Positions 21,365 to 29,720 are shown, numbered from the stretch's first letter. The stretch: DNA of 64,000 nt from Patescibacteria group bacterium (GCA_023474425.1 JAMCXX010000002.1:68217-132216); one strand, 5' to 3'. Made by a program: numbers and translations. Notes: generated by a model not told the origin, from the letters alone.

Positions 21365-22374
21365 GGGGTAAGGTATTTTTGAATGTTCCGATTGTGTTCG
21401 GCCAGAGTTTGGGCAAAATGGGTAATCCCCTGTTTATCGGTCAAGTAAAACCAGTAAGGGGTCTCCACCGATTGGTAAACGGCTTTAATCGAGGGCAGAC
21501 CAGGATTGCAAATGGGGGATGGCGGCAAGCCTAGGTGCTGGCGCGTGTTATAAGGAGAATCAATTTTTAAATCGTTGAGACTAATCTCCCCCGGCCAGAA
21601 TTCAAAGTTTTCCAGATTTTCAAAAGAAAGGTTAGCCAACTTCTGGGAAGCAACGGCGTACTGCACGGTGGCATCAGCCTCTAGGGGCCAACCGCTCTGA
21701 AGTCTCTTTAAAAGAATTCCGGCGATAATTGGTCGGTCCTCGTCTTTTCTGGCCTCTCTCTCTACGATTGAAGAAAGAATTATAATATCCTTTTGCGAGA
21801 GATTGGTGGAATTATCCTGACCGCCGATTGACTGACTATATTTTTCCTTAAAAGTATTATTCATTACCCGAACCAGGTCTGCCGCCTTTATATCATGAGG
21901 CACAATGTACGTATCGGGGAAAAGATAACCGTCTAGTCCCTGGCTGGCCTTTAAAAAGTCCTCATAAAATGAGGGGTCCGCTAACTGGCGGGCGGCGTAG
22001 TCGGCCATTTCCTCCCTTCTCCAGCCTTCGGGGAAAGTCAGCCTCACGTCAAACTTGCCGTGCTGCAAAACATCTACGATTTGAACGATAGATAGAGTTC
22101 TCGGCAATCGGTAGTAACCGGCCTGAAGTTTTGATTCCAGGTCATGAAGCCGAACATAAAGTTTAAAAGCCGAAGCGGAATTAATCAGCTGGGCCTGACG
22201 CAGCTCATCGGCAATCTCGTAAACGTGTTCGCCCGGCCGGACCACAAATTCGGCCAAACCGCTTTGTCCGTAATTGGTCCGCGTGACCGAGATTTTGTAA
22301 TACGCATAACCTCCCAGCAAAAATGCGGCCAAAACAACTAACGATAGCAAAATCAAGCGGGAATATTTCTTCAT
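21361..22374 (-). CDS. mltG: Endolytic transglycosylase MltG (YceG family)
   Basis: N-terminal TM, TFPEG, GYLFPDTY, SIVEREA, DSPYNT..GLPPSPICNPG. Confidence 0.95.
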   Translation of the reverse strand: MKKYSRLILLSLVVLAAFLLGGYAYYKISVTRTNYGQSGLAEFVVRPGEHVYEIADELRQAQLINSASAFKLYVRLHDLESKLQAGYYRLPRTLSIVQIVDVLQHGKFDVRLTFPEGWRREEMADYAARQLADPSFYEDFLKASQGLDGYLFPDTYIVPHDIKAADLVRVMNNTFKEKYSQSIGGQDNSTNLSQKDIIILSSIVEREARKDEDRPIIAGILLKRLQSGWPLEADATVQYAVASQKLANLSFENLENFEFWPGEISLNDLKIDSPYNTRQHLGLPPSPICNPGLPSIKAVYQSVETPYWFYLTDKQGITHFAQTLAEHNRNIQKYLTP

Positions 22375-22393
22375 ATAAACGATATTCTATCAA

Positions 22394-23443
22394 TTATTCT
22401 CCCAAGGAACTATTTTTAAGATCCGGGTTTTTAAGTTTAATTATTTTTTGAACCATACCGACCGTTGCCGACGAGTAATTCTTATCCGCAGCAAACAACT
22501 CCCAGTCTTCGGGTCGATGGGCGTCCACCCCGCCGGAAGTGAAAAGATCAAAACGCCGAGCCAGACTCTTTAAGTAAGTCTGGTCGGATTTGAACTTCTT
22601 TTTCCAAAGAACGTTCTTGTAAAGGAAAAGGTCGTAAACCGTTTCCACGCCGTCGAGTCTCTTTTCGCGGGCGATTTTTTCCAAAAGTTTTCGACTCACG
22701 TTGTCCCTATCGAAGCTCCAGTGAGCTAAGGTCGCCAAACCACCGGCTCCTCGGATTAGGTTGACAACCCTCACCATACCCGGCTTAGCCTCTTTAGGCA
22801 GATCTATCTTCAGCGGCGAGTCGTCGCGCAGAAATATATTAAAATATTTCTGTTTGTCGCCGCGGTCGTCCGCCATCATTTCCCGATAAAGAACGGCAAC
22901 TTGTCTATTCCGAACGGACAAGGATGCCATCTTCCCGACGTATTTATTCAAGATTAGTCGGTTCTCTTTATGACGTTCAAGGACATTAACCAAATTCAAG
23001 GCGGTCGGTATACCGTTGGCGTTAACCGTTGCCAAAACCTCTTCAAGGCTAATTGCAAATTTCAACTTTCTAAACTCTTTAACCCGTTGGCTCAATCTTC
23101 TTAAACGAAGTTCATGGATTTCTTGGGTCAATGATAAAAGCGGTCCGTTAGAAGGATCAACGAAGAGCCCAACGATGTGGAACAGGTGATCATTTTTGTC
23201 CGCAATTTCCTGCGGATAGCCGGAGGTAACCTCAATACCAAAAATATATTTGACGGGAAAATCCTTTAAACCTCGCAACTCCTTTACTTGCTTTTGATCC
23301 GGCAGGGTATCGTGATCGGTAAAAGCGACCACACCAATGTTATTTTTGGCGCAAGCCTCCAAGACCTGACGGTGGGTTAAAGAGCCGTCAGAATTGGTGG
23401 TATGTCCGTGAAGCGACTGCAGAAGAAACTTTTCATTTTTCAT
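22394..23443 (-). CDS. PHP-domain phosphoesterase
   Basis: HGHTTNSDG, TDHD, GIE, FHIVG, LAH, GVDAH metal ligands. Confidence 0.88.
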   Translation of the reverse strand: MKNEKFLLQSLHGHTTNSDGSLTHRQVLEACAKNNIGVVAFTDHDTLPDQKQVKELRGLKDFPVKYIFGIEVTSGYPQEIADKNDHLFHIVGLFVDPSNGPLLSLTQEIHELRLRRLSQRVKEFRKLKFAISLEEVLATVNANGIPTALNLVNVLERHKENRLILNKYVGKMASLSVRNRQVAVLYREMMADDRGDKQKYFNIFLRDDSPLKIDLPKEAKPGMVRVVNLIRGAGGLATLAHWSFDRDNVSRKLLEKIAREKRLDGVETVYDLFLYKNVLWKKKFKSDQTYLKSLARRFDLFTSGGVDAHRPEDWELFAADKNYSSATVGMVQKIIKLKNPDLKNSSLGE

Positions 23444-23490
23444 AGGGTATAAGTATAAACAACTTATGTTAAAATTAACACTTTAAGACT

Positions 23491-24045
23491 ATGACCGTTT
23501 TGACTCATGCCGTCATTGGAGGCCTTGCGGGGTCTTTAGCCCCCAACCCGTTTCTTTCCGCGCTATTCGGCTTCCTTTCCCATTTCTTAAGCGACATTAT
23601 TCCCCACAACGACTATCTTTATTTTTACTACGGCAAACCCAAAAACCCCTACACTTCAGTAATTAACCGGATAATCCTGGGTCTCACTGCTCTTTATCTT
23701 CTGGCAATTATTTTGAGCCGGCCGGCGAGTTCTTCCCTGCCGATTGTTCTCGGATCTTTTTTCGGCATTCTGCCGGACATTCTCACCGGTCTAGGCCAGA
23801 CATTTTTTAAGCGGGAAACCGCCTTTGACAAGTTTCACGGACTTACCCATTGGCGCCTAGCCCTAGGCGAGTTTCTCCACAACAAGCTTTCCCGCTCGGA
23901 AAAAATTGACCGCCGTGATTTTATTGTGGCTAGATTCGATCAGCTCAAGAATTCCCGTTGGGCCAGGCTCGGATGGACGGCGGAAACAGCTTTCGAATTA
24001 ATTGTCCTTTTTTATTGCTTAAGACTTTTGGGGTTCGGTATTTAG
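23491..24045 (+). CDS. Membrane protein, probable membrane-bound metal-dependent hydrolase
   Basis: THA..G, HFLSDIIPH, LPD, FH..H motifs between hydrophobic segments. Confidence 0.6.
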   Translation: MTVLTHAVIGGLAGSLAPNPFLSALFGFLSHFLSDIIPHNDYLYFYYGKPKNPYTSVINRIILGLTALYLLAIILSRPASSSLPIVLGSFFGILPDILTGLGQTFFKRETAFDKFHGLTHWRLALGEFLHNKLSRSEKIDRRDFIVARFDQLKNSRWARLGWTAETAFELIVLFYCLRLLGFGI

Positions 24046-24471
24046 ACTGGCTTTAGACGAGGCGAGATAGTTTTCCAAAATTAGACAGGCGGAAAGGCTC
24101 CCTTCCCAGCCTCGCCGTTTCGACCGGGGTCGAATAAAGTAGGCAGGGTCCTCCCGTGCCGCCCGGGAAGTCAGACTCTCATCGGCAAAAAAGATTTTAA
24201 TCTTCTTATTTTTGGCCAAAATATTTTCCGAAAGCTTTTTTATGGAACGGGACAAAGTTCCCTCCCGCCCATTCGGCGGACGCGGATGACCAAAGACGAT
24301 TGTTGCGGCATCGTACAAGCGGCAGACGTTTAAGAGTTCGTTAGCAATCCGACTTGTGGAGTTAAAGGATAAACTCGGCAGCGGCGAGATAAGAAAGGAA
24401 CCATCCGAATTATTTGAGAGCAGGGCCAGGCCTACCGTCTTAAAGCCGAAATCTACTCCCAAAATATTCAT
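24019..24471 (-). CDS. ruvX: YqgF/RuvX family nuclease
   Basis: ILGVDFG.K.VGLA, DESLTS, SACLILENYL; near alaS and mltG. Confidence 0.88.
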   Translation of the reverse strand: MNILGVDFGFKTVGLALLSNNSDGSFLISPLPSLSFNSTSRIANELLNVCRLYDAATIVFGHPRPPNGREGTLSRSIKKLSENILAKNKKIKIFFADESLTSRAAREDPAYFIRPRSKRRGWEGSLSACLILENYLASSKASLNTEPQKS

Positions 24472-25967
24472 TTCCGAATAACAACTACCTCCAAATTTTT
24501 GGCCCTAAAAGGCATAAACGGCAACAAATTTAAACCGGAGCGGCTCAAACTATAAGAACTGATTTTTCCCAGCGAGGTAAGAATTTCGTTGGCCCGGGAA
24601 ACTCTTTGAGAAATAAGCTCCCGCTTTATTTCGTTTTGGTCAATTTTTGGTACAACAAACCCGGTGCCGCGGGCCGTTACGGTTAGGACCCCACCGGCGT
24701 ATTGCGAGGACTGAACCTGAACATTTTGGTCTTTGCCAAAAAGCTCGTAACCATCCGGCACATAATTACTCAATAGTTGACCAACTAGAGAGTTAAGGTC
24801 ATTCTGGGAGAAAGCCAAAACCGAAGCCTTAAGATCCAGATTCAAGGTCAGACTATCCGCCTGGTCACCGGGATTCTTATCATAATTTTTACTAACGACC
24901 TCGTAATTAATACTGTCCTCGTTAATGGTCTGACCGCTAATCACCTTATCCAAAAGCGTTTTTTTAAGACCGGACTGCAGGGCTGTCTCCAAGGAATTAA
25001 GCAGGCCGGCCGCGTCGGTGGCGGTTACCACTTTAACCTCCTGCCGGCTGCCGCCGCCAAAACTATCCTGATTGCTGGCCACAAAATCGCTGGTGGCCTT
25101 GGTACCCACCGAAAAAATTGACCCTGAAGACACGTTGTATTCATCGCCGAGAGAACCGGCAACAACATCCACCCCGGCCGTACCCGGATCGTAGCCGCTT
25201 TGAGCGGCGGGATCGGCGGTTCGGGCCGGAACGGTGACATCGCTTTTGGTAATAAAGTTCAAATTATCGGCGTTAATTTGGCTCTTGCTCACCGTTGTTC
25301 CGGCCGGAAAAGTAACGTCGGCGGTTGTCTTGTTATAAATAGTCACCCGCCCCACGGCCTTATTACCAATCTCCTTCTGACCGCTCGAGGGGGTACTCTC
25401 CGATTGCTTGGCCTCGGCGGTAATTTCAAAAGCGGGGACGGACGGCGGGTCCTTGGTAACGGTGGTAATATTTGGCGAGGCCTCAATGTCAATTACTTTC
25501 ACCAAAGGCTCCGAGTCAACGGTCAGAGTTACTTTGGCGTGGGGAGAAAAATAAAAAACAAAAACGGCTCCGGCGGTTATAAGGATTATGACCAAAAGAA
25601 GAAGCAGTGTCGGTCCGAAAGAAAGCCGCCGAAAGTTAAAATGGGGACGGGGTAGAGAGGACAAGAATCCAAATAACCTAAATTTTTCGGCTGAAACCGT
25701 GTGTGGCAAATTACTGGAATCAACCGGAGACCGAACTTGGCCCCCGTTTAAGAGTTCCTCCAGATAAGCATAATTAGAATCGTCAAAAAGAAAACGCAGG
25801 TTCTTGCCCAACTGCCCCGCTCGGGCTTTAAGAATCTTAAAAGCGAGAAGATTTTCCAAAAGAGGGCTGCTACCCGAAACTACCAACTCGATTTCGGTAT
25901 CTTCAACTTTCTTTATCCTCTCGATTGTCTGCCACAATCCGTCGGATTCAGAACTTATCCGGTACAT
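24468..25967 (-). CDS. Membrane-anchored baseplate-J-like domain protein
   Basis: Single TM then KAVGRVTIYN..FPAGT, VDVVA..GDEYNV, FGGG motifs; paired with an FtsA-like gene. Confidence 0.65.
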   Translation of the reverse strand: MYRISSESDGLWQTIERIKKVEDTEIELVVSGSSPLLENLLAFKILKARAGQLGKNLRFLFDDSNYAYLEELLNGGQVRSPVDSSNLPHTVSAEKFRLFGFLSSLPRPHFNFRRLSFGPTLLLLLVIILITAGAVFVFYFSPHAKVTLTVDSEPLVKVIDIEASPNITTVTKDPPSVPAFEITAEAKQSESTPSSGQKEIGNKAVGRVTIYNKTTADVTFPAGTTVSKSQINADNLNFITKSDVTVPARTADPAAQSGYDPGTAGVDVVAGSLGDEYNVSSGSIFSVGTKATSDFVASNQDSFGGGSRQEVKVVTATDAAGLLNSLETALQSGLKKTLLDKVISGQTINEDSINYEVVSKNYDKNPGDQADSLTLNLDLKASVLAFSQNDLNSLVGQLLSNYVPDGYELFGKDQNVQVQSSQYAGGVLTVTARGTGFVVPKIDQNEIKRELISQRVSRANEILTSLGKISSYSLSRSGLNLLPFMPFRAKNLEVVVIRK

Positions 25968-27132
25968 AACTTTTTTGAAAAACTTCCACCGCCGACAAAA
26001 GCGGCAAGAAACTTAAATGATTATTATCGGCACCGGTATAATTAATTTCCGGAGTCAGTCCTTTATCCAAACCGTAAACATCTAAAAAGTTAAGAAAGGA
26101 GGTAGAGCTGCCCTTCACAAATTCACCTAGGGCCTCACGGATATTCTCGGGTTTTATTCCCCGTCCGAAGAAATAGACGGGAATCCGGGCAAACTTTGAG
26201 CCTTGGGTTATTTCGGTGAGAGACTGATCAAGACTATACGTCCAGAGTTTAAAAAAATCTGCCGCTTCCGATGGCGAAAACTCCCCCCTCCTCTTCCTCT
26301 CTTCGGCGTCTTCCGTGGTCAAACCTAATTTTTGGCAAAGATTTATGGTTAAATCCCGACCGCCAAGAGGGATAGTTCTCTCGCCCACAATTTTCCCCAA
26401 AGAAACTAAACAGACATCGGTTACTTGAAATCCAACGTCAACTAAAACTGCCGAAAAGTTTCCCCGAGTCTTCTTAATTAAATCTAGAAGACCCACCGTC
26501 TGGTCAAAAACCAGAAGGTTCTTTTTGTTAAGACCGCGGCTGATTTTTTCCAAGAGCTTGCGGGTGGGACTTGAGGCAAAGGAGGCCAAAACCGAAACCT
26601 TAAAAGTCGGCTCAATTACCGCAGCCAAGGACTCCAGGCCTATTCCGTCCGATGATTCAAAGCTAACGACCCGCTCGTAAAAAGATTCCACTTCGGGCGA
26701 CGGGTCGCCGGAGATTCGGGAAAATTCCTTTTTAATTTCCCCGGCAACTTGGCGTTTAATCTCCTTCTCTATTTTGTCTTTCTCGCCTCTGCCAAGCCTC
26801 CCGGCCGTGGGTCTTTTAACTTCCAAATCCACTGTGACCGACTTTACGAACTCTCCGGAAAGCGGGAATACCAAACCCGGCGGCGTAAAGCCGCAGGCAA
26901 GGGAAGCCTTCCTTAAAGCCCTTCCTGCCGTTTCCTGAAAATCGTTTAAGTCCGAAACCAGACCGGAAAGAATCGTCCCGTTTTTAAATAATTCTTCACC
27001 AAAACCGAGTAAAGTTGGGGTAAAGGTTGTTAAATCAACAATGGCGGCCTTAACCGAAGAGGTGCCCAGGTCCAAAAGAGCGATGCTTTGAGGTTTAGAT
27101 TTCGCCGAAAAGTTTTTAAGAAAATTCAGCAT
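25948..27132 (-). CDS. FtsA/PilM-like actin-fold ATPase
   Basis: LLDLGTSSVKA, LVDVGFQVTD, PLGGRDLT, AEERK. Confidence 0.8.
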   Translation of the reverse strand: MLNFLKNFSAKSKPQSIALLDLGTSSVKAAIVDLTTFTPTLLGFGEELFKNGTILSGLVSDLNDFQETAGRALRKASLACGFTPPGLVFPLSGEFVKSVTVDLEVKRPTAGRLGRGEKDKIEKEIKRQVAGEIKKEFSRISGDPSPEVESFYERVVSFESSDGIGLESLAAVIEPTFKVSVLASFASSPTRKLLEKISRGLNKKNLLVFDQTVGLLDLIKKTRGNFSAVLVDVGFQVTDVCLVSLGKIVGERTIPLGGRDLTINLCQKLGLTTEDAEERKRRGEFSPSEAADFFKLWTYSLDQSLTEITQGSKFARIPVYFFGRGIKPENIREALGEFVKGSSTSFLNFLDVYGLDKGLTPEINYTGADNNHLSFLPLLSAVEVFQKSYVPDKF

Positions 27133-27263
27133 AGGCAGACAGTGAAAATTAACCTAATTACTAATTTCTAACCGCTACAATTAACCATAACGACAACGAC
27201 TCAATTCCTAACTTGTAAATTGGTGCTTTTTTAGAAATTAGGTCAATTAGAAATTTATATATT

Positions 27264-29090
27264 TTAACCTTCAACCTCGCCCCGGATGCGTCTAACGCCG
27301 GACGAGACGGCTTCCTCTTTAACAATTTTAAACCTTTTAAGCTCTCCGGTGTAATGGGCATGAGGGCCGCCGCAAAGCTCTTTAGAAAAATATTCGCCGG
27401 TGGTTTTTTCGGGACCGATTCTATACAGAGTCACTCTGTCCACGCTCTGGTACTTCTCTTCAAAGAGTGCTTCGGCGCCCTGGCTTCTGGCTTCCTCGAA
27501 AGAAGTGGTCAAGCATTCCACGGGAAGATTTTGGGCAATAGCGCGATTGACTAATTCCTCCACTTTCGCAAGTTCTACATCCGTCAGCTTACGTGAAAAA
27601 TTAAAGTCGTGGCGGAAAGACTTTTCGCTTATCTTTTGCCCCATCTGGTGGACTTCTAATCCTAGAATTTTCTTGAGAGCTGCGTTTAGAAGATGGGCGG
27701 CCGTGTGGGCGGTTTTAATTTTCTCCGGATCATACGCAGTTGCAGCGCGGGCGTCCCTCGACCTGTCCTTCTGCCTGGCCAAATTTTCCTCGAAGGCGGC
27801 CACGTCGACGTCAAACCCCTTGGCCTTGGCCAGGTCAACTGTTAAGTCAACGGGAAAACCGAGCGAGTCGTACAACCTGAAGGCAAAATCACCACCAACC
27901 TTTTTATTAGGATTTTTTCGTAAGTACTTGTCGAGTTCGGCCATCCCTCTTTTTAAAACGTCTCCGAACTTTTTCTCCTCATCTTCCAAAAGTTCGTGAA
28001 TGACGCTGTGAGTCTGGGCCAGATTTGGATAAGCTTCCTGAAACTCATTAACCACGGTTTCAGAAAGTTCGGAAACAAAGTAACCTTCAATTCCCAAAAG
28101 ATGACCGTGGGCAATAGCTCGGCGGATTAAGCGGCGCATAACATAACCTGCCTCTACATTGCTCGGGACTAAACCATCACTGGCCAAAAACGTAGACGCC
28201 CGCACGTGGTCGGCAATAATACGGACCGAACGTTCGTTAACGCGTTCGGCGGTAATCTTGGCTAGGGATTCTATTTCGGAGATTAAGGGCTTAAATAGAT
28301 CTGTATCGTAGGCGCTTTTGCCGCCCTGCAAAACCATGGCGAACCGCTCTAAACCCGCACCGGCGTCCACACTCTTTATGGGTAGGCTTTCCAAACTGCC
28401 ATCGGCTTTGCGCTCATAAGTCATAAAAACGCCGGCGTTCCAAATCTCTAGAAACCTGCCGCAGTCGTGAGTAGGCCCGCAGTCCGCCCGACCGCAGCCA
28501 AATTCCGGACCCAAGTCATAAAGAACATCGGTATTGGGACCGCAGGGGCCTTGTGGGCCGGAAAACCAAAAAGAATCTTTAAGGGGTAAACCAAGAATCC
28601 GTTCCGATCTGATACCCAAATCCAGCCAAATTTGACGGGTCTCGTTGTCTGGCGGCACACTGGACATACCACTATCGCCGCCAAAAACGCCAAAATACAG
28701 CTTGCCTTGGTCTATACCAAACTCCCTTAATAACTCAAGGGCAAATTCACATGCTTCCTTCTTAAAGTACGGGCCCCTGCCTTCCTTACCAAAAGGTTTA
28801 CCAATTTGACCAATACTCCAATTGCCCAGCATTTCAAAAAAAGTCAGATGGTGAATGTCGCCTACCTCGTCTATATCGTCGGTGCGTACGCATTTTTGAA
28901 CATCGGTTAGCCTTAACGAGGGAGGATTCTTTTGGCCCAAAAAATATGGTTTTAGGGGGGCCATACCGGAGTTGGTCAAAAGAAGTGTGGGGTCATACTC
29001 GGGAATGAGTGAAGCCGAGGGCAATCTTAAGTGCCCCCGCTTTTCAAAAAATTCAAGGAATTTATTTCTGATTTCGTTGTGTGACCACAT
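27264..29090 (-). CDS. alaS: Alanine--tRNA ligase, short form lacking C-Ala domain
   Basis: DPTLLLTNSGM, HLTFFEMLGNWS, GLER, IADHVR; editing motifs HTAAH and ELCGGPH; ends after GVRRI. Confidence 0.97.
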   Translation of the reverse strand: MWSHNEIRNKFLEFFEKRGHLRLPSASLIPEYDPTLLLTNSGMAPLKPYFLGQKNPPSLRLTDVQKCVRTDDIDEVGDIHHLTFFEMLGNWSIGQIGKPFGKEGRGPYFKKEACEFALELLREFGIDQGKLYFGVFGGDSGMSSVPPDNETRQIWLDLGIRSERILGLPLKDSFWFSGPQGPCGPNTDVLYDLGPEFGCGRADCGPTHDCGRFLEIWNAGVFMTYERKADGSLESLPIKSVDAGAGLERFAMVLQGGKSAYDTDLFKPLISEIESLAKITAERVNERSVRIIADHVRASTFLASDGLVPSNVEAGYVMRRLIRRAIAHGHLLGIEGYFVSELSETVVNEFQEAYPNLAQTHSVIHELLEDEEKKFGDVLKRGMAELDKYLRKNPNKKVGGDFAFRLYDSLGFPVDLTVDLAKAKGFDVDVAAFEENLARQKDRSRDARAATAYDPEKIKTAHTAAHLLNAALKKILGLEVHQMGQKISEKSFRHDFNFSRKLTDVELAKVEELVNRAIAQNLPVECLTTSFEEARSQGAEALFEEKYQSVDRVTLYRIGPEKTTGEYFSKELCGGPHAHYTGELKRFKIVKEEAVSSGVRRIRGEVEG

Positions 29091-29096
29091 GGTTTA

Positions 29097-29125
29097 ATGA
29101 TAGGTAAAAAGGGGCGGGTTGACAA
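29097..29125 (-). promoter_or_regulatory. alaS promoter, leaderless geometry
   Basis: TTGTCA-N17-TATCAT, with the ATG 6 nt after the -10. Confidence 0.6.
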
Positions 29126-29185
29126 TGCTTACGACCCCCCCCGCTGGTTTCGGAAGGTTATAATATCTGGTATCCTATTAGAAAC

Positions 29186-29202
29186 GGCGCGGTGGTGAAG
29201 TG
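29186..29202 (+). pseudogene. 5' fragment of disrupted tRNA-Cys (acceptor strand and start of D-arm)
   Basis: GGCGCGGTGGTGAAGTG, 15/17 identical to the 5' end of the intact tRNA-Cys; GGCGCGG pairs perfectly with CCGCGCC at 29710-29716; TATAAT at 29159-29164 upstream. Confidence 0.75.
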
Positions 29203-29234
29203 TCTCGCGGAGCGAGATCAGGCTTCGCCTGAGA
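29201..29234. repeat. Double mini-hairpin element, copy 1
   Basis: TCTCGC-GGA-GCGAGA followed by TCAGGC-TTC-GCCTGA. Confidence 0.85.
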
Positions 29235-29248
29235 AACTACTAGAAAAG

Positions 29249-29506
29249 ATGTACTACGTCTACATACTTAAGAGTCTAAAGAACGGCGATGTTTATGTTG
29301 GTTACAGTGATGATTTAAAAAGAAGGTTTGACCAACATAATTCTGGTTCTGTTAGGTCAACACAATTTAACAGACCTTGGGATTTGCCCTATTACGAAGC
29401 ATATAAAGACAAACATGACGCAACAAAAAGGGAAAGGCAACTTAAAAATCACGCGGCTAAAAACGATTTGAAAAAACAGTTAGAATACAGTTTAGGAAAA
29501 ATTTAA
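29249..29506 (+). CDS. Stand-alone GIY-YIG nuclease (85 aa)
   Basis: MYYVYILKS...VYVGYSDDLKRRFDQHNSG...YYEAY...A.KRE; motif Tyr, Arg, His and Glu present; AT-rich relative to flanks. Confidence 0.92.
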   Translation: MYYVYILKSLKNGDVYVGYSDDLKRRFDQHNSGSVRSTQFNRPWDLPYYEAYKDKHDATKRERQLKNHAAKNDLKKQLEYSLGKI

Positions 29507-29516
29507 TAATGAGTTT

Positions 29517-29548
29517 GGTCTCGCAGAGCGAGACCTTGCTCCGCAAGG
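29517..29548. repeat. Double mini-hairpin element, copy 2
   Basis: GGTCTCGC-AGA-GCGAGACC overlapping CCTTGC-TCC-GCAAGG; the final GG are the first two nt of the tRNA. Confidence 0.85.
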
Positions 29549-29621
29549 CGCAGTGGTGAAGAGGTAACACGGCTGTCTGCAAAACAGCTACGCAGCGGTT
29601 CGATTCCGCTCTGCGCCTCCA
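29547..29621 (+). tRNA. tRNA-Cys (GCA), intact, CCA encoded
   Basis: Acceptor GGCGCAG/CTGCGCC, D-stem GTG/CAC, anticodon arm GCTGT-CTGCAAA-ACAGC, T-arm AGCGG-TTCGATT-CCGCT, U73 discriminator. Confidence 0.97.
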
Positions 29622-29646
29622 GATTTAAAGAGGTAGCGTGGTGACC

Positions 29647-29680
29647 TGTCTCGCGGAGCGAGATCTGGCCCCGCCAGACA
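29647..29680. repeat. Double mini-hairpin element, copy 3
   Basis: TCTCGC-GGA-GCGAGA plus TCTGGC-CCC-GCCAGA; TGTCT/AGACA termini. Confidence 0.85.
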
Positions 29681-29720
29681 AAACCTCGATGCGAGGGTTC
29701 GATTCCCTCCCGCGCCTCCA
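29679..29720 (+). pseudogene. 3' half of disrupted tRNA-Cys
   Basis: CA-AA-ACCTC-GATGC-GAGGG-TTCGATT-CCCTC-CCGCGCC-T-CCA: perfect T-arm, U73 and CCA; stems differ from the intact copy. Confidence 0.88.

Noticed and set aside
24468..25967. Prophage or contractile injection system
   Set aside because: A single baseplate-J-like gene with a TM segment, and no tail, sheath, capsid or integrase genes.
29119..29164. TTGACA...TATAAT as one plus-strand promoter
   Set aside because: Spacing is 34 nt. The TTGACAA is better explained as the minus-strand alaS -35; the TATAAT may still serve the tRNA locus.
29192..29248. N-terminal extension of the GIY-YIG ORF from GTG 29192
   Set aside because: It runs through the tRNA fragment and hairpin element; the domain begins at MYYVY (29249).
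29186..29720. Group I intron with homing endonuclease inside tRNA-Cys
   Set aside because: No room or recognisable core for a ribozyme outside the ORF and inner tRNA. Simple excision would not restore the missing D-arm 3' strand and anticodon 5' strand. An Infernal scan would settle it.
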